Below, one piece after another: positions 1 to 9,396 of a DNA stretch of 64,000 bases; the first letter of the stretch is position 1; every line of letters begins with the position of its first letter. A program made the translations under genes and the position numbers. The stretch covers positions 1,135 through 65,134 of the forward strand of contig WRLF01000015.1 in assembly GCA_009777735.1 (NCBI GenBank). The letters run 5' to 3'. Origin of the DNA: Treponema sp. Lineage in GTDB: Bacteria; Spirochaetota; Spirochaetia; Treponematales; Breznakiellaceae. The notes below the pieces were generated by a model. That model worked only from the letters and a program-made list of their open reading frames with translations, searched no databases and had not been told where the DNA came from.

Positions 1-2
1 AT

Positions 3-419
3 GTACTGAAAGAACAGTTAAAAAAATACTATCAGCACTACCGGTACCTCATTATTGACAACGAAGCAGGGCTTGAGCATATCAGCCGGGGAGTGCTGCC
101 CCCTGTCGATCTGATTTTACTGGTCAGCGACTGTTCGCGGCGCGGCATTCAAGCTGCGGGAAGAATTGCCGCTATGGTGCAGGAACTGGATATCAAAGCG
201 GCAAAAACAGGGCTTATTGTTAATCGTGCCGCTGATGGTGAAATCAGTGACGGTATACAGGAAGAAATTGCCCTGCAAAAACTTGATTTACTGGGAGTTA
301 TCCCCCAGGACTCTTTAGTGTATGAATACGATTCGGCAGGAAAACCGTTGGTAGAACTTCCGATGGAATCTCCGGTGCGCCAGGCGCTGGAAAAAATAAT
401 TAACACTCTAAAACTATAG
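3..419 (+). CDS. cooC: CO dehydrogenase/acetyl-CoA synthase nickel-insertion ATPase (CooC/AcsF), 5'-truncated by window edge
   Basis: Frame open from window start: ...YLIIDNEAGLEHISRG-LPPVDLILLVSD..RRGI..A.RI, the CooC C-terminal motif; directly upstream of acsB. Confidence 0.85.
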   Translation, partial: VLKEQLKKYYQHYRYLIIDNEAGLEHISRGVLPPVDLILLVSDCSRRGIQAAGRIAAMVQELDIKAAKTGLIVNRAADGEISDGIQEEIALQKLDLLGVIPQDSLVYEYDSAGKPLVELPMESPVRQALEKIINTLKL

Positions 420-428
420 GAGAAGAAC

Positions 429-2582
429 ATGGGCGCTTTAACGGATCTTATTTACAAGGGTGCAAACACTGTGGCGGAACTTACCGATAAAGCGGTGAAG
501 GATGCAATCGCAAAACATGGAGCAGGAAAAAAAATAGCATTTCCCGATACTGCCTACTTTTTCCCGGCAATAACCAGCGCTACCGGCGTAAAGGTTGATA
601 AACTGGAAACACTGACTGCATGTGTCAGCGTGCTGAAAAGCCTTATCACGAACAAGGAAGAACTGGGAGATGCATTAAACGCCGGGCTTGCTACCGCAAT
701 AGGTGCGGAGATTCTTGAAGGGTTGAAGTACATCGAAGATAATCCCTACAAAGACAGCCCCTGTATCGGCTTTGTCCCCGACCCGGTGATTCGTTCGCTG
801 GGTGTTCCTCTCGTTACGGGCGACATCCCCGGTGTAGCGGTCGTTTTGGGTGAAGCCGCCGATCCTGCATCACTTGCCAAAGTGGTCAAGGATTACCAGA
901 GCAAAGGTATCCTGAGTTTCCTGATAGGCAAGGTGATCGACCAGGTTGCGGCGCAGGGCGTCAAGACGGGATTGGAATTCCGTGTAGTCCCGCTCGGGTA
1001 CGATATTACCGCAGTAATACATGTTGTCACTGTGGCAATCCGTGCCGCGCTGATCTTTGGCAATATAAAAGAAGGCGATCTGTCAGGCCTGCTCAAATAC
1101 ACCAAGGATCGTGTTCCCGCATTTGTGAACACATTCGGCCCCCTTAACGAAGTGATAATTGCCGCAGGCGCCGGTGCCATTGCCCTGGGCTTCCCTGTCA
1201 TCAGCGACTGGGACGTTGTCGGCTCGGTCGCCATTCCCGGCACCCTTGAATACACCGGCAACTATGACGAAATAGTAAAAAAATCACTGGAATTGCGGAA
1301 AATAAAAATTAAAATGAAAGAAATTCCCATCCCTGTTGCCTTTGCTTCCGCATTTGAAGGGGAAATCATCCGTAAAAACGATATGGCAGTAGAGTTTGCC
1401 TCAGAAAAAAATGTAACGTGCGAACTGGTAGTGAACAGAGATACCGCATCCATCGAAGATCATAAAATCACGGTTATCGGTAATGACATTGACGGCGGCG
1501 CTACTATTGCCGCCGATACCGGCCCGGTGAACATGGCTCTTGCCACTTATATTGAAGTAACCGGTACGAAAATGAAGACTGACTTTGAGCCGGTCATTGA
1601 ACGGAAAATCCACCACTGGTTCAACTACATGGAAGGAGTGATGCATACCGGCCAGCGGAATATGTTTCGCGTCAGGATTGCCAGGGATGCCTTGGCAAAG
1701 GGACTTAAACTTAAGGACTTTGGCGAAGTTATCTACACAATGATCATGGACGAGTTTGGCGCAGTGGTCGATAAATGCCAGGTAACACTGGTTACTGATG
1801 AGGCCAAAGCCAGAGAAATCCTCGAAAAAGAAGGCCTGCCCCGCTACCAGGCACGGGATTCACGGCTTGCATCCATGACCGACGAAAGCGCTGACTGCTT
1901 CTACTCCTGCATCCTCTGCCAGTCATTCGCCCCGGCGCATTGCTGTGTTATTACTCCCGAACGGCTGGGACTGTGCGGCGCGGTCTCCTGGCTCGATGCC
2001 AGCGCCACAAAGCAGCTGAGCGACACCGGCCCCTGCCAGCCCATAGCCAAAACCGGTCTTATAGATGAAAAAACGGGCAGGTACGAAACGGTGTATCAGG
2101 CGGTTGATGCGGCAACCCACGGCGCAGTCAGCAAAGTAACCCTGTACTCGATCATGGAAGATCCCATGACAAGCTGCGGATGTTTTGAATGCATCTGCGG
2201 TGTATTGCCCGAAGCGAACGGTGTAATTGTGGTTAACCGCGAATACAAAGGCATAACCCCCACCGGCATGACTTTTGGCGAACTGGCTTCAATGACCGGC
2301 GGCGGCGCGCAAACCCCCGGTTTCATGGGCCACGGCAGGCACTACATCGCTTCAAAGAAATTTGCCCATGCCGAAGGCGGCCTAAGCAGAATTGTCTGGA
2401 TGCCTAAAGACCTGAAAACCGAAGTAGCCGCCAAGCTCAACAAAACAGCGCTGGAACTGTACGGCATTGACAACTTTACCGGCATGATCTGCGATGAGAC
2501 CATAGCAACCGACACTGAAGAAGTGGTGAACTTCCTCAAGGGAAAGAATCATCCCGCGTTTGCAATGGAAGAGATCGTGTAA
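429..2582 (+). CDS. acsB: Acetyl-CoA synthase (CODH/ACS beta subunit)
   Basis: A-cluster motifs CILCQSFAPAHCC, ERLGLCGAVSW, PMTSCGCFEC; RSLGVPLVTGDIPG; SD AGGAG. Confidence 0.95.
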   Translation: MGALTDLIYKGANTVAELTDKAVKDAIAKHGAGKKIAFPDTAYFFPAITSATGVKVDKLETLTACVSVLKSLITNKEELGDALNAGLATAIGAEILEGLKYIEDNPYKDSPCIGFVPDPVIRSLGVPLVTGDIPGVAVVLGEAADPASLAKVVKDYQSKGILSFLIGKVIDQVAAQGVKTGLEFRVVPLGYDITAVIHVVTVAIRAALIFGNIKEGDLSGLLKYTKDRVPAFVNTFGPLNEVIIAAGAGAIALGFPVISDWDVVGSVAIPGTLEYTGNYDEIVKKSLELRKIKIKMKEIPIPVAFASAFEGEIIRKNDMAVEFASEKNVTCELVVNRDTASIEDHKITVIGNDIDGGATIAADTGPVNMALATYIEVTGTKMKTDFEPVIERKIHHWFNYMEGVMHTGQRNMFRVRIARDALAKGLKLKDFGEVIYTMIMDEFGAVVDKCQVTLVTDEAKAREILEKEGLPRYQARDSRLASMTDESADCFYSCILCQSFAPAHCCVITPERLGLCGAVSWLDASATKQLSDTGPCQPIAKTGLIDEKTGRYETVYQAVDAATHGAVSKVTLYSIMEDPMTSCGCFECICGVLPEANGVIVVNREYKGITPTGMTFGELASMTGGGAQTPGFMGHGRHYIASKKFAHAEGGLSRIVWMPKDLKTEVAAKLNKTALELYGIDNFTGMICDETIATDTEEVVNFLKGKNHPAFAMEEIV

Positions 2583-2593
2583 ACCGGAATCAC

Positions 2594-4180
2594 CTAATCG
2601 AACGCGAAGGGATCAACGAACAGCCGTTCGCGTTCTTCAATGATCACCCGCGCTCCGGAGGCAAGCCAGTCTTCAATGCCTGCATCCCATACCCGGTCAA
2701 AATTTTCAGGCTCTGTCCTGATTGCCTGCACCGAAAACTGCTGTGATTTGTCAACCAAAGTCTGACTGAGGGGGCCGGCCACCAAAAGAGGCGAAGCGGT
2801 AGTAATTACCGGACCGGGGCGGGCATTGTTCATGGCGGTATTATATGCAGCCATCACCATTTCTTCCGGCCAGGGATAACCGGCGGCAAGCGCTCTGAGG
2901 CTTTCCTCATGGGTACGGAGGAAGAGGCCGTTCATCATCGGGGTATAGTCGATGTTTTGGGCGCTGTTTTGAATCCAGCCGTCCGAGGCAGTGGGATTAA
3001 GCCGAGGTACACCGTTAACCATTTCATGGACAATGCCCTCCGGCCCTGTCTGAATAAAATTATAGTTTTCAAACCGGGCAAGCCAGTTGAGGTAGCGCAT
3101 AGCCGCTTCCGGGTTTCGTGATGAGCGGGGGATGAAAAAACTTAATGCCGCCTGGTCGTAGGCTATTTTATGGGTAACGCCGTCAGAACTGGGGAAACTG
3201 TCAATGGCAATCCACATGCCATCGGGGAAATTTCTCTGAAGGTCGGAAATATACCGCTCGCTTTCCCGGAAAATCTGATCCCAGTTATGACCAAAAGCGC
3301 CCACTACCCCGCTCTTGAGGAGGTTTTTCATCTGTTCTTCATCATTGTACAGGGGGAAGTCCGTATCAATAAGCCCCGCATTCCACATCCTGTTAAGAAA
3401 ACGCACCCCTTCTTTGTAGCCGGGGAGGAGGAAATAACGGTCAACAACGGTGTTTACCCACCGGTCTCTTACCGAAATAGCGGGATCGATAAACGGTTCC
3501 AGAAGTGCCCCCGCTGTCCAGCGTACATCATTCGTCATGGTAAAAGGGACAACCCTGTTCGATCCCACTCCGCCGGGATCCCTGTCCCTGAACGCAATCA
3601 GGGTGTTGAAGAATTCCTCATGCGTTGTTGGAACCGGCAGCCCCAATATATCAAGCCAGTCCTTTCGGATAAAGACATTGAGCCGTGCCATGTTCATGCG
3701 CTTGCCGGGAATCGAAAAAACCTGGCCCGTCTCGGCATTCATGTTCCGGTAGATAAAATCCCTGCCGGGAAGGGACAGATCGGGACCGAGAAATTCCTTA
3801 AGATCGCTGAGATGGGTGTCAATGTACGGTGCCATGTCGAAGAGGCCGCCCTGGGCTGCCCAACTGTTAATATTGTCAATGCCGAATGTCATGCAAATGT
3901 CAGGCGGGTTCCCGGCAGCCATCAGGTTGATAAGCGACTGCATTTCAACGCCCCTTGGTATGGGTTCGAAGTCTACTAAAATGCCTTCGTCTTCAAAGAC
4001 ATTCTCCTGAATCCATTGGGTCCACCTGTTATTCGTAGGGTTCGTCCTGCCGCCGTCCGTACCGCGATCAAACACAGTTACTTTAATGGCCCCTTCCCTG
4101 CCCTTTGGGCCGCATCCCGTGAAAACCAGCCCGGCAACTGCAATAACAACCGCAACCCAAAACCACTGCCGTCTTTCCAT
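2594..4180 (-). CDS. Carbohydrate ABC transporter solute-binding lipoprotein (LplA/aldouronate-type)
   Basis: Lipobox LVFTGC; FIRKDWLDILGLPVPTTHEEF...AFRDRDPGG typical of family 1 SBPs; start refined to ATG 4180 with GGAGG SD. Confidence 0.85.
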   Translation of the reverse strand: MERRQWFWVAVVIAVAGLVFTGCGPKGREGAIKVTVFDRGTDGGRTNPTNNRWTQWIQENVFEDEGILVDFEPIPRGVEMQSLINLMAAGNPPDICMTFGIDNINSWAAQGGLFDMAPYIDTHLSDLKEFLGPDLSLPGRDFIYRNMNAETGQVFSIPGKRMNMARLNVFIRKDWLDILGLPVPTTHEEFFNTLIAFRDRDPGGVGSNRVVPFTMTNDVRWTAGALLEPFIDPAISVRDRWVNTVVDRYFLLPGYKEGVRFLNRMWNAGLIDTDFPLYNDEEQMKNLLKSGVVGAFGHNWDQIFRESERYISDLQRNFPDGMWIAIDSFPSSDGVTHKIAYDQAALSFFIPRSSRNPEAAMRYLNWLARFENYNFIQTGPEGIVHEMVNGVPRLNPTASDGWIQNSAQNIDYTPMMNGLFLRTHEESLRALAAGYPWPEEMVMAAYNTAMNNARPGPVITTASPLLVAGPLSQTLVDKSQQFSVQAIRTEPENFDRVWDAGIEDWLASGARVIIEERERLFVDPFAFD

Positions 4181-4215
4181 AAAAACCTCCTGAAATAGTG
4201 TCACTAAATTTCTTG

Positions 4216-4247
4216 AAAAAAAGGCTGCCCGGCGAGACCAGGCAGCC
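4216..4247 (-). terminator. Intrinsic terminator between the lipoprotein gene and the SBP gene
   Basis: Minus strand GGCTGCCTGG-TCTCG-CCGGGCAGCC followed by T7. Confidence 0.75.
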
Positions 4248-4289
4248 CTCTTTATTCACTGTTAATTGTTACTGCTAACTGTTACCTGC
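4248..4289 (-). repeat. Degenerate heptamer tandem repeat (CAGTDAA-like)
   Basis: Minus strand CAGGTAA CAGTTAG CAGTAA CAATTAA CAGTGAA immediately after the stop codon. Confidence 0.5.
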
Positions 4290-4290
4290 A

Positions 4291-5700
4291 TCATTGCAGG
4301 ATGTGGAACTTAATCGAATAGAATGTTATACGGACTGATCCTTTGGCGACTTCACCGCCCCTTCCCCCGCGGATTACATACCAGTTTCTGTTCGCACCGC
4401 TATGAGAGGAATGAGTGCCGGCCAAAGTATGTATTGTACCTTCAGTGCCTTCATCAGGATTCCCGTTTATTTGCGGCAATGTTAAATCATCAACGCTAAC
4501 CGCATTCCAGTTGTCATTTTGGGCTAAATTAGCAACCATAAAATTCCACAGCAGGTCAGTGGTTTCCCGCGTTGGATCCTGTAACTCATATTCAATTTCC
4601 CATCTTAGCTGCGTGTCAAGATCGGGGCTTCCCAGAGCAATGATAGTACGTAAATCGGACGGGGTTTGAAAACATAAAAATGAAGGACTGGCATGGAACG
4701 TAACGGTTAAACTCTCACGTACCCCCGTTGCAGCATTTCCTGCAACATAAGTAATATTTTGCACTACCGGAGTGCGGCATTGAACAGACGTTAAACGTGT
4801 GGATAAATCGATCGTCCATGTTCTTGGATGTAAATTTAAGCCGATATACGGCCGCAGTGTAACATTTTCGGTAATGGGAGTACGCCCGTCATATATCAGG
4901 CCGCTGGCTGTGCCGCCGACCGACCACCTGAAAAACCGGTAATATTGGTTAGCATTTGGATCAGCCGCTAAAGTTACTGTTTCGGGGAACTGCGGCCCCC
5001 ATTCATCTATACCGTCTCCGTCAAATACCTGAACTGTTCTGGTCCTGGTCATATTGGCGCCGGTGCCGCTGGTGGTACCGCCAAAAGAAGCATTATGCTG
5101 CGCATGGGGGCCGGGAATGACGAGTGTTACAGTGCGCACCGCTTTTGCTGTCCAGGCAGCTATTGCCGTAACAGATTCGGTAACTTCTGTTTCTCTGGTA
5201 AATGGCTGACCATCCACCCGCCATCCGTTAAACGAAAAGCCCTGTCTTCTGGGATCAAACGGGAACCTGGAGCCTATGCTTCCGCCGGAGGAAAGTTCAA
5301 CGACCGTAGCAATTCTGTTGTCATAATTTAAATCAAATGTTACCTCAACTAAACCGCCGCCGCCGCCATCACCGCCGCCGCCGGTTACTCCGATGGTGTC
5401 AAACTTTGCGGTTAAGGTAATATCCGCCAATATCTCAGAATTTCCGGTATACTGGATCAACCCTTCAAACCACCCCAGGAAAAGGGGGTCATCTATGATC
5501 GGCAGCAGTTCGCCCAGTGTTTCGCCCTTTTCGAGAACAATGGGATCGATGGGATCAACATCAAACTCCTCCTCGATAATAAACGTAACTATTACTGAAT
5601 TATCGGGGATTAATTCAGTTAATAAAAATTCATCACAGGCAATAATCACGCTTGCCAATAGAATGACTGCTGTAAGCAGCGCGGCTACTTTTGTTTTCAT
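4291..5700 (-). CDS. Surface lipoprotein with InlB B-repeat/Flg_new-like domains
   Basis: Lipobox VIIAC; repeats of VTF...P.P.R.GFSFNGW......FT..T.VT....A.W; Gly-rich linker; start ATG 5700 with GGAGG. Confidence 0.65.
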   Translation of the reverse strand: MKTKVAALLTAVILLASVIIACDEFLLTELIPDNSVIVTFIIEEEFDVDPIDPIVLEKGETLGELLPIIDDPLFLGWFEGLIQYTGNSEILADITLTAKFDTIGVTGGGGDGGGGGLVEVTFDLNYDNRIATVVELSSGGSIGSRFPFDPRRQGFSFNGWRVDGQPFTRETEVTESVTAIAAWTAKAVRTVTLVIPGPHAQHNASFGGTTSGTGANMTRTRTVQVFDGDGIDEWGPQFPETVTLAADPNANQYYRFFRWSVGGTASGLIYDGRTPITENVTLRPYIGLNLHPRTWTIDLSTRLTSVQCRTPVVQNITYVAGNAATGVRESLTVTFHASPSFLCFQTPSDLRTIIALGSPDLDTQLRWEIEYELQDPTRETTDLLWNFMVANLAQNDNWNAVSVDDLTLPQINGNPDEGTEGTIHTLAGTHSSHSGANRNWYVIRGGRGGEVAKGSVRITFYSIKFHILQ

Positions 5701-5738
5701 AACAACCTCCAAAATATTAAATGGTTAAACCATTATGG

Positions 5739-6899
5739 TTAAAATGTTATACCTGCACGCAGGTTAATCAAATGCCTTGTAAACGTAGAATTTGGCGGCG
5801 GATACGCCACCTGACTGCGCCAATAATATGAAATTGCAGCGTAAGCGCCCGGAGCAAAATTGACCTGTATCTTGGGCTCAATATCTATATAAGAATACCA
5901 CATATCGGGGTCTTCCTTGTAATCTGCATTGGCATAGCTAAAAATTACACTGGGAACAAGCAGGCCGTCAAACAGGTTGTAGGCAAAACTTGGCCGTATG
6001 AAGTACGTAGATCTGATACCGGTATCTTCATAACCAAACCGGATCAGGGCAGTAAAAGCAGGAGGGGCATATTCGACAAAGAGCCAGTTTTCCGTAGAAA
6101 ATGTAATCGCCGGAACCGGGGTTCCAAACCCATAGATATAGCCCAATGCCCAGGCTGATAAATTTGGCACGAGCCGCTGCAAGGCATATTCCTCTACCCG
6201 GTACACGATTTTGGGCCCTTCAGCGTCGTAATACCCGTCCCGCGCAAATTGGTTGTCCATTTCGCTGTCTAAACGGTAAGCAGCGCGGGCCATAAACCAG
6301 TCGTTTTTATATGATACCCCTATTACCGACTCCAGGAGCAGATCTACCAGAGTAGGTTCTCTGGATATAGTCACGTCGTCGGTAATGTCATCAAGCCAGT
6401 TGAGGACAAACCCGATATTCAACTCACCCGGGACAAAGGCGGGTTTCCACTCGACACGAAGTCCGCCGAAATTGGTAATTTCCAGTTCCCGCCACATTTC
6501 CGGCCCTCCGGTACTCCAGGGTGAGGCACCTAACTTTCCCAGCGAGAGGACAAGCTGGTCATTAAAAAAACTCCCCCAGCCAAAGGCATAAGTCCATTGA
6601 GGCCCAAAGGGAAGGTGGTCGGTAGTTTCAAAAAAATTCTCCCAGTTAAGTCTGGCCCTAAATCCCAGGTTCCCGGCAGCGTTGGTATAATCAAGGTTGA
6701 TCCGGAAACGCCCGTGACCGCTGCCGGCATCGTCCCTGTTATGCATATATACAGTTGTTATTGTCTCTTCAGTTCCCTGCCGGTTTTCCGTCCTTTCCCA
6801 TACAATACCTGTCTTGCCTTCACCGCTTACCGAAATAGATTGGGCAAAGGAAGGAATGGAAATAACCGCTGCCAACGCTAGTAAAATAAATGTTTTCAC
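5739..6899 (-). CDS. Putative outer-membrane beta-barrel protein, paralog 3 of 3
   Basis: Signal peptide ...PSFA-Q, alternating aromatic beta-strands, C-terminal INLRAGITF beta-signal; GTG start. Confidence 0.65.
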   Translation of the reverse strand: MKTFILLALAAVISIPSFAQSISVSGEGKTGIVWERTENRQGTEETITTVYMHNRDDAGSGHGRFRINLDYTNAAGNLGFRARLNWENFFETTDHLPFGPQWTYAFGWGSFFNDQLVLSLGKLGASPWSTGGPEMWRELEITNFGGLRVEWKPAFVPGELNIGFVLNWLDDITDDVTISREPTLVDLLLESVIGVSYKNDWFMARAAYRLDSEMDNQFARDGYYDAEGPKIVYRVEEYALQRLVPNLSAWALGYIYGFGTPVPAITFSTENWLFVEYAPPAFTALIRFGYEDTGIRSTYFIRPSFAYNLFDGLLVPSVIFSYANADYKEDPDMWYSYIDIEPKIQVNFAPGAYAAISYYWRSQVAYPPPNSTFTRHLINLRAGITF

Positions 6900-6925
6900 G
6901 TAGTATCTCTCCTGAAATTTTATGG

Positions 6926-8131
6926 TTAAAATGTTATGCCCGCGCGCAGGTTAATCCACTGCGTCTGCTGCTCAGGATTTGGCGGGGCAAACCGGTTCTC
7001 CCACCGCCAGTAATATGAAAAGGCAACGTATGCGCCCGGAGCCAGGTTTACCTGTACTTTTGGCTCTACTTCATAGTACGAAAACGAAGAACCGCACACC
7101 ATTTTGCCGTCGCCAAAATCATTGGCATAACCAAAAATGAATCCGGGAGCAACTAAACCGCCAAACAGGTTATAGAAAAAGCTTGGCCGTACCAATACAA
7201 TTTGCCGGGTTCTTTCCGCTTCCAAACCAAAACGTACCTGAGCGGTAAAAGAAGGCGGGGCGTATTGGACAAAGAACCAGTTTCTGGTAGAGAAATTAAG
7301 ATGAGGCATTGCGGATCCAATCCCGTCAAATTCGCCTAATGCCCATAATGACAAGCCGGGTGCCCATCGCTGCAGGGCGTATTCTTCAAACCGGTACACC
7401 AGGCTGCCCCCTTCCCGGTAAGGAGTCAACTGCCCCCCCGATACGGGGTCATAGTCCATTTCGCTGTCAAAACGGTAAGCAAAGCGGAACATAAACCAGT
7501 CATTTTTATAGGATGCTCCTACTACAGTTTCCTGAAGTACATCCTTCAGAGTGGGATCCCTGTCTATGGATGTGTTGGCATTACTGTTAATCCAGTTAAG
7601 CACAAAACCGACATTCAATTCACCCGGAACAAAAGCCGGTTTATATTCAAAACGAATTCCGCCGTTAGAGAGAATTTGCCCGATATCATAGACAACTTCC
7701 AGTTCCCGCCACATTTCAGGTCCGCCGGAAAGCACGGGTGAAGCCTGACCGGTACCCCAGGGTGAGGCCCCCAGTTTTCCCAATGAGAGGGTAAACTGGT
7801 CGTTAAAGAAACTACCCCAGGCAAAACCATAATCCCAGCTAGGCCCGTTGATGGGCGCGTTGTTAAAAACCTCCCAGTTGACTCTGGCTTTAAGCCCCAT
7901 GTTCCCGGCAGCATTGGTAAAACCCATGTCCAACCGAAAACGATTGCCAAAGTCACCGGCATCGTCCTTGCTGCCCAAAAATACCAATGCAGGGGGGGAG
8001 TCATCTTCTCTCCAGTCATCTATTTTTTCCCAAATAATACCTGTCTTGATTTCGCCATTTAGAGAAAAAGTCTGGGCAAAGGATGGAATGGAAACAACCG
8101 CCGCAAGTGCTAGTGCAATTAATGTTTTCAC
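6926..8131 (-). CDS. Putative outer-membrane beta-barrel protein, paralog 2 of 3
   Basis: Shares SLGKLGASPW, GGPEMWRELE, PGELNVGFVLNW, YKNDWFM and INLRAGITF with neighbours; GTG start at 8131 with AGGAG SD. Confidence 0.65.
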   Translation of the reverse strand: MKTLIALALAAVVSIPSFAQTFSLNGEIKTGIIWEKIDDWREDDSPPALVFLGSKDDAGDFGNRFRLDMGFTNAAGNMGLKARVNWEVFNNAPINGPSWDYGFAWGSFFNDQFTLSLGKLGASPWGTGQASPVLSGGPEMWRELEVVYDIGQILSNGGIRFEYKPAFVPGELNVGFVLNWINSNANTSIDRDPTLKDVLQETVVGASYKNDWFMFRFAYRFDSEMDYDPVSGGQLTPYREGGSLVYRFEEYALQRWAPGLSLWALGEFDGIGSAMPHLNFSTRNWFFVQYAPPSFTAQVRFGLEAERTRQIVLVRPSFFYNLFGGLVAPGFIFGYANDFGDGKMVCGSSFSYYEVEPKVQVNLAPGAYVAFSYYWRWENRFAPPNPEQQTQWINLRAGITF

Positions 8132-8157
8132 GTAGTATCTCTCCTGAAATTTCATGG

Positions 8158-9384
8158 TTAAAATGTTATACCCGCGCGCAGATTAATCCACTGCGTTTGC
8201 TGCTCAGGGGGATATAATAACGGGTTAAACTGGTTCTCCATCCGCCAATAGTATGAAAGGGAAATGTATGCACCCGGAGCAAGGTTCGCCTGTACCGTGG
8301 GTTCAAATTCAAAGTATGAATATGCAGAACCGGGCACTTTTTTTGCGTTACCAAAATCATTGGCATAACCAATAATGATCCCCGGAGAAATCAGGCCGTC
8401 AAACAAATTGTAGAAAAAGCTTGGCCGTATGAGTACAATTTTTTGAGTATAATACGCTTCAAAACCAAGATTTACCGCTTCAAGGCCAAGAGGTAAAATT
8501 TCAAGACCAAGCTGTAACTCAGCGGTAAATGCAGGCGGGGCGTATTGGATAAAAACCCAGTTTCTGGTAAAAAAATTAATATCGGGCTTTTCGGATCCAA
8601 TCCCGTCGAATTCACCCAATGCATATAACGACAAGCCGGACACCCATCGCTGCAGAGCATATTCCTCCACCCGATACACCAGGCTGCCTCCTTCCCGGAA
8701 AGGATCGGTTCCTATTGCCCGGTCAAAGTCAGCTTCGCTGTCAAAACGGTAGGCAGCGCGGACCATAAACCAGTCGTTTTTATAGGACATCCCTATAACA
8801 CTTTCCGAAAGTACATCCTCCAAAGAAAAAGAAGCGGCCTCTGTCCCTGTCCCAAGACCGGCATCGGTGAGACCGGTATTAATCCAGTTAAGCACAAAAC
8901 CGACATTCAACTCACCCGGGATAAAGGAGGGTTTCCACTCAACGCGTAACCCCCCGGTAGGGGCCAGTTCCAGTTCCCGCCACATGTACGGTCCGCCGGA
9001 ACTCCAGGGTGAGGCCCCAAGTTTTCCCAAAGACAGGGCAAGCTGATCGTTAAAAAAACTACCCCAGGCAAAACCATAGGTCCAGAAAGGTCCAAAGCCG
9101 GTTTCCCGGTTTGTAAATTCCTCCCAGTTAAACCTGGTTTTAAACCCAACATTCCCGTCAGCGTTTGTATACACCAGGTCGACACGGAAACGCCCGTCCA
9201 GGCTGCCGGCATCGTCCATGCTGCCCATACGTATGCCGGTCACAACGGAGTCAGCCTCCTTCCTCCGATCTTCTACCCGTTCCCAAATAAGGCCTGTCTT
9301 GACTTCGCTGCTAACGGAAAGGCTCTGGGCAAAAGATGGTATGGAAACAAACGCCGCCAGCGCCAGTACAAGTAATTTTTTCAC
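8158..9384 (-). CDS. Putative outer-membrane beta-barrel protein, paralog 1 of 3
   Basis: Same motifs as the two downstream paralogs; signal peptide; terminal Phe. Confidence 0.65.
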   Translation of the reverse strand: MKKLLVLALAAFVSIPSFAQSLSVSSEVKTGLIWERVEDRRKEADSVVTGIRMGSMDDAGSLDGRFRVDLVYTNADGNVGFKTRFNWEEFTNRETGFGPFWTYGFAWGSFFNDQLALSLGKLGASPWSSGGPYMWRELELAPTGGLRVEWKPSFIPGELNVGFVLNWINTGLTDAGLGTGTEAASFSLEDVLSESVIGMSYKNDWFMVRAAYRFDSEADFDRAIGTDPFREGGSLVYRVEEYALQRWVSGLSLYALGEFDGIGSEKPDINFFTRNWVFIQYAPPAFTAELQLGLEILPLGLEAVNLGFEAYYTQKIVLIRPSFFYNLFDGLISPGIIIGYANDFGNAKKVPGSAYSYFEFEPTVQANLAPGAYISLSYYWRMENQFNPLLYPPEQQTQWINLRAGITF

Positions 9385-9396
9385 GGAGCATCTCCC

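Noticed and set aside
3170-3979. Long antisense ORFs (e.g. 269 aa here, 257 aa at 38103-38876)
   Set aside because: Shadow frames opposite well-supported genes, with no recognisable motifs.
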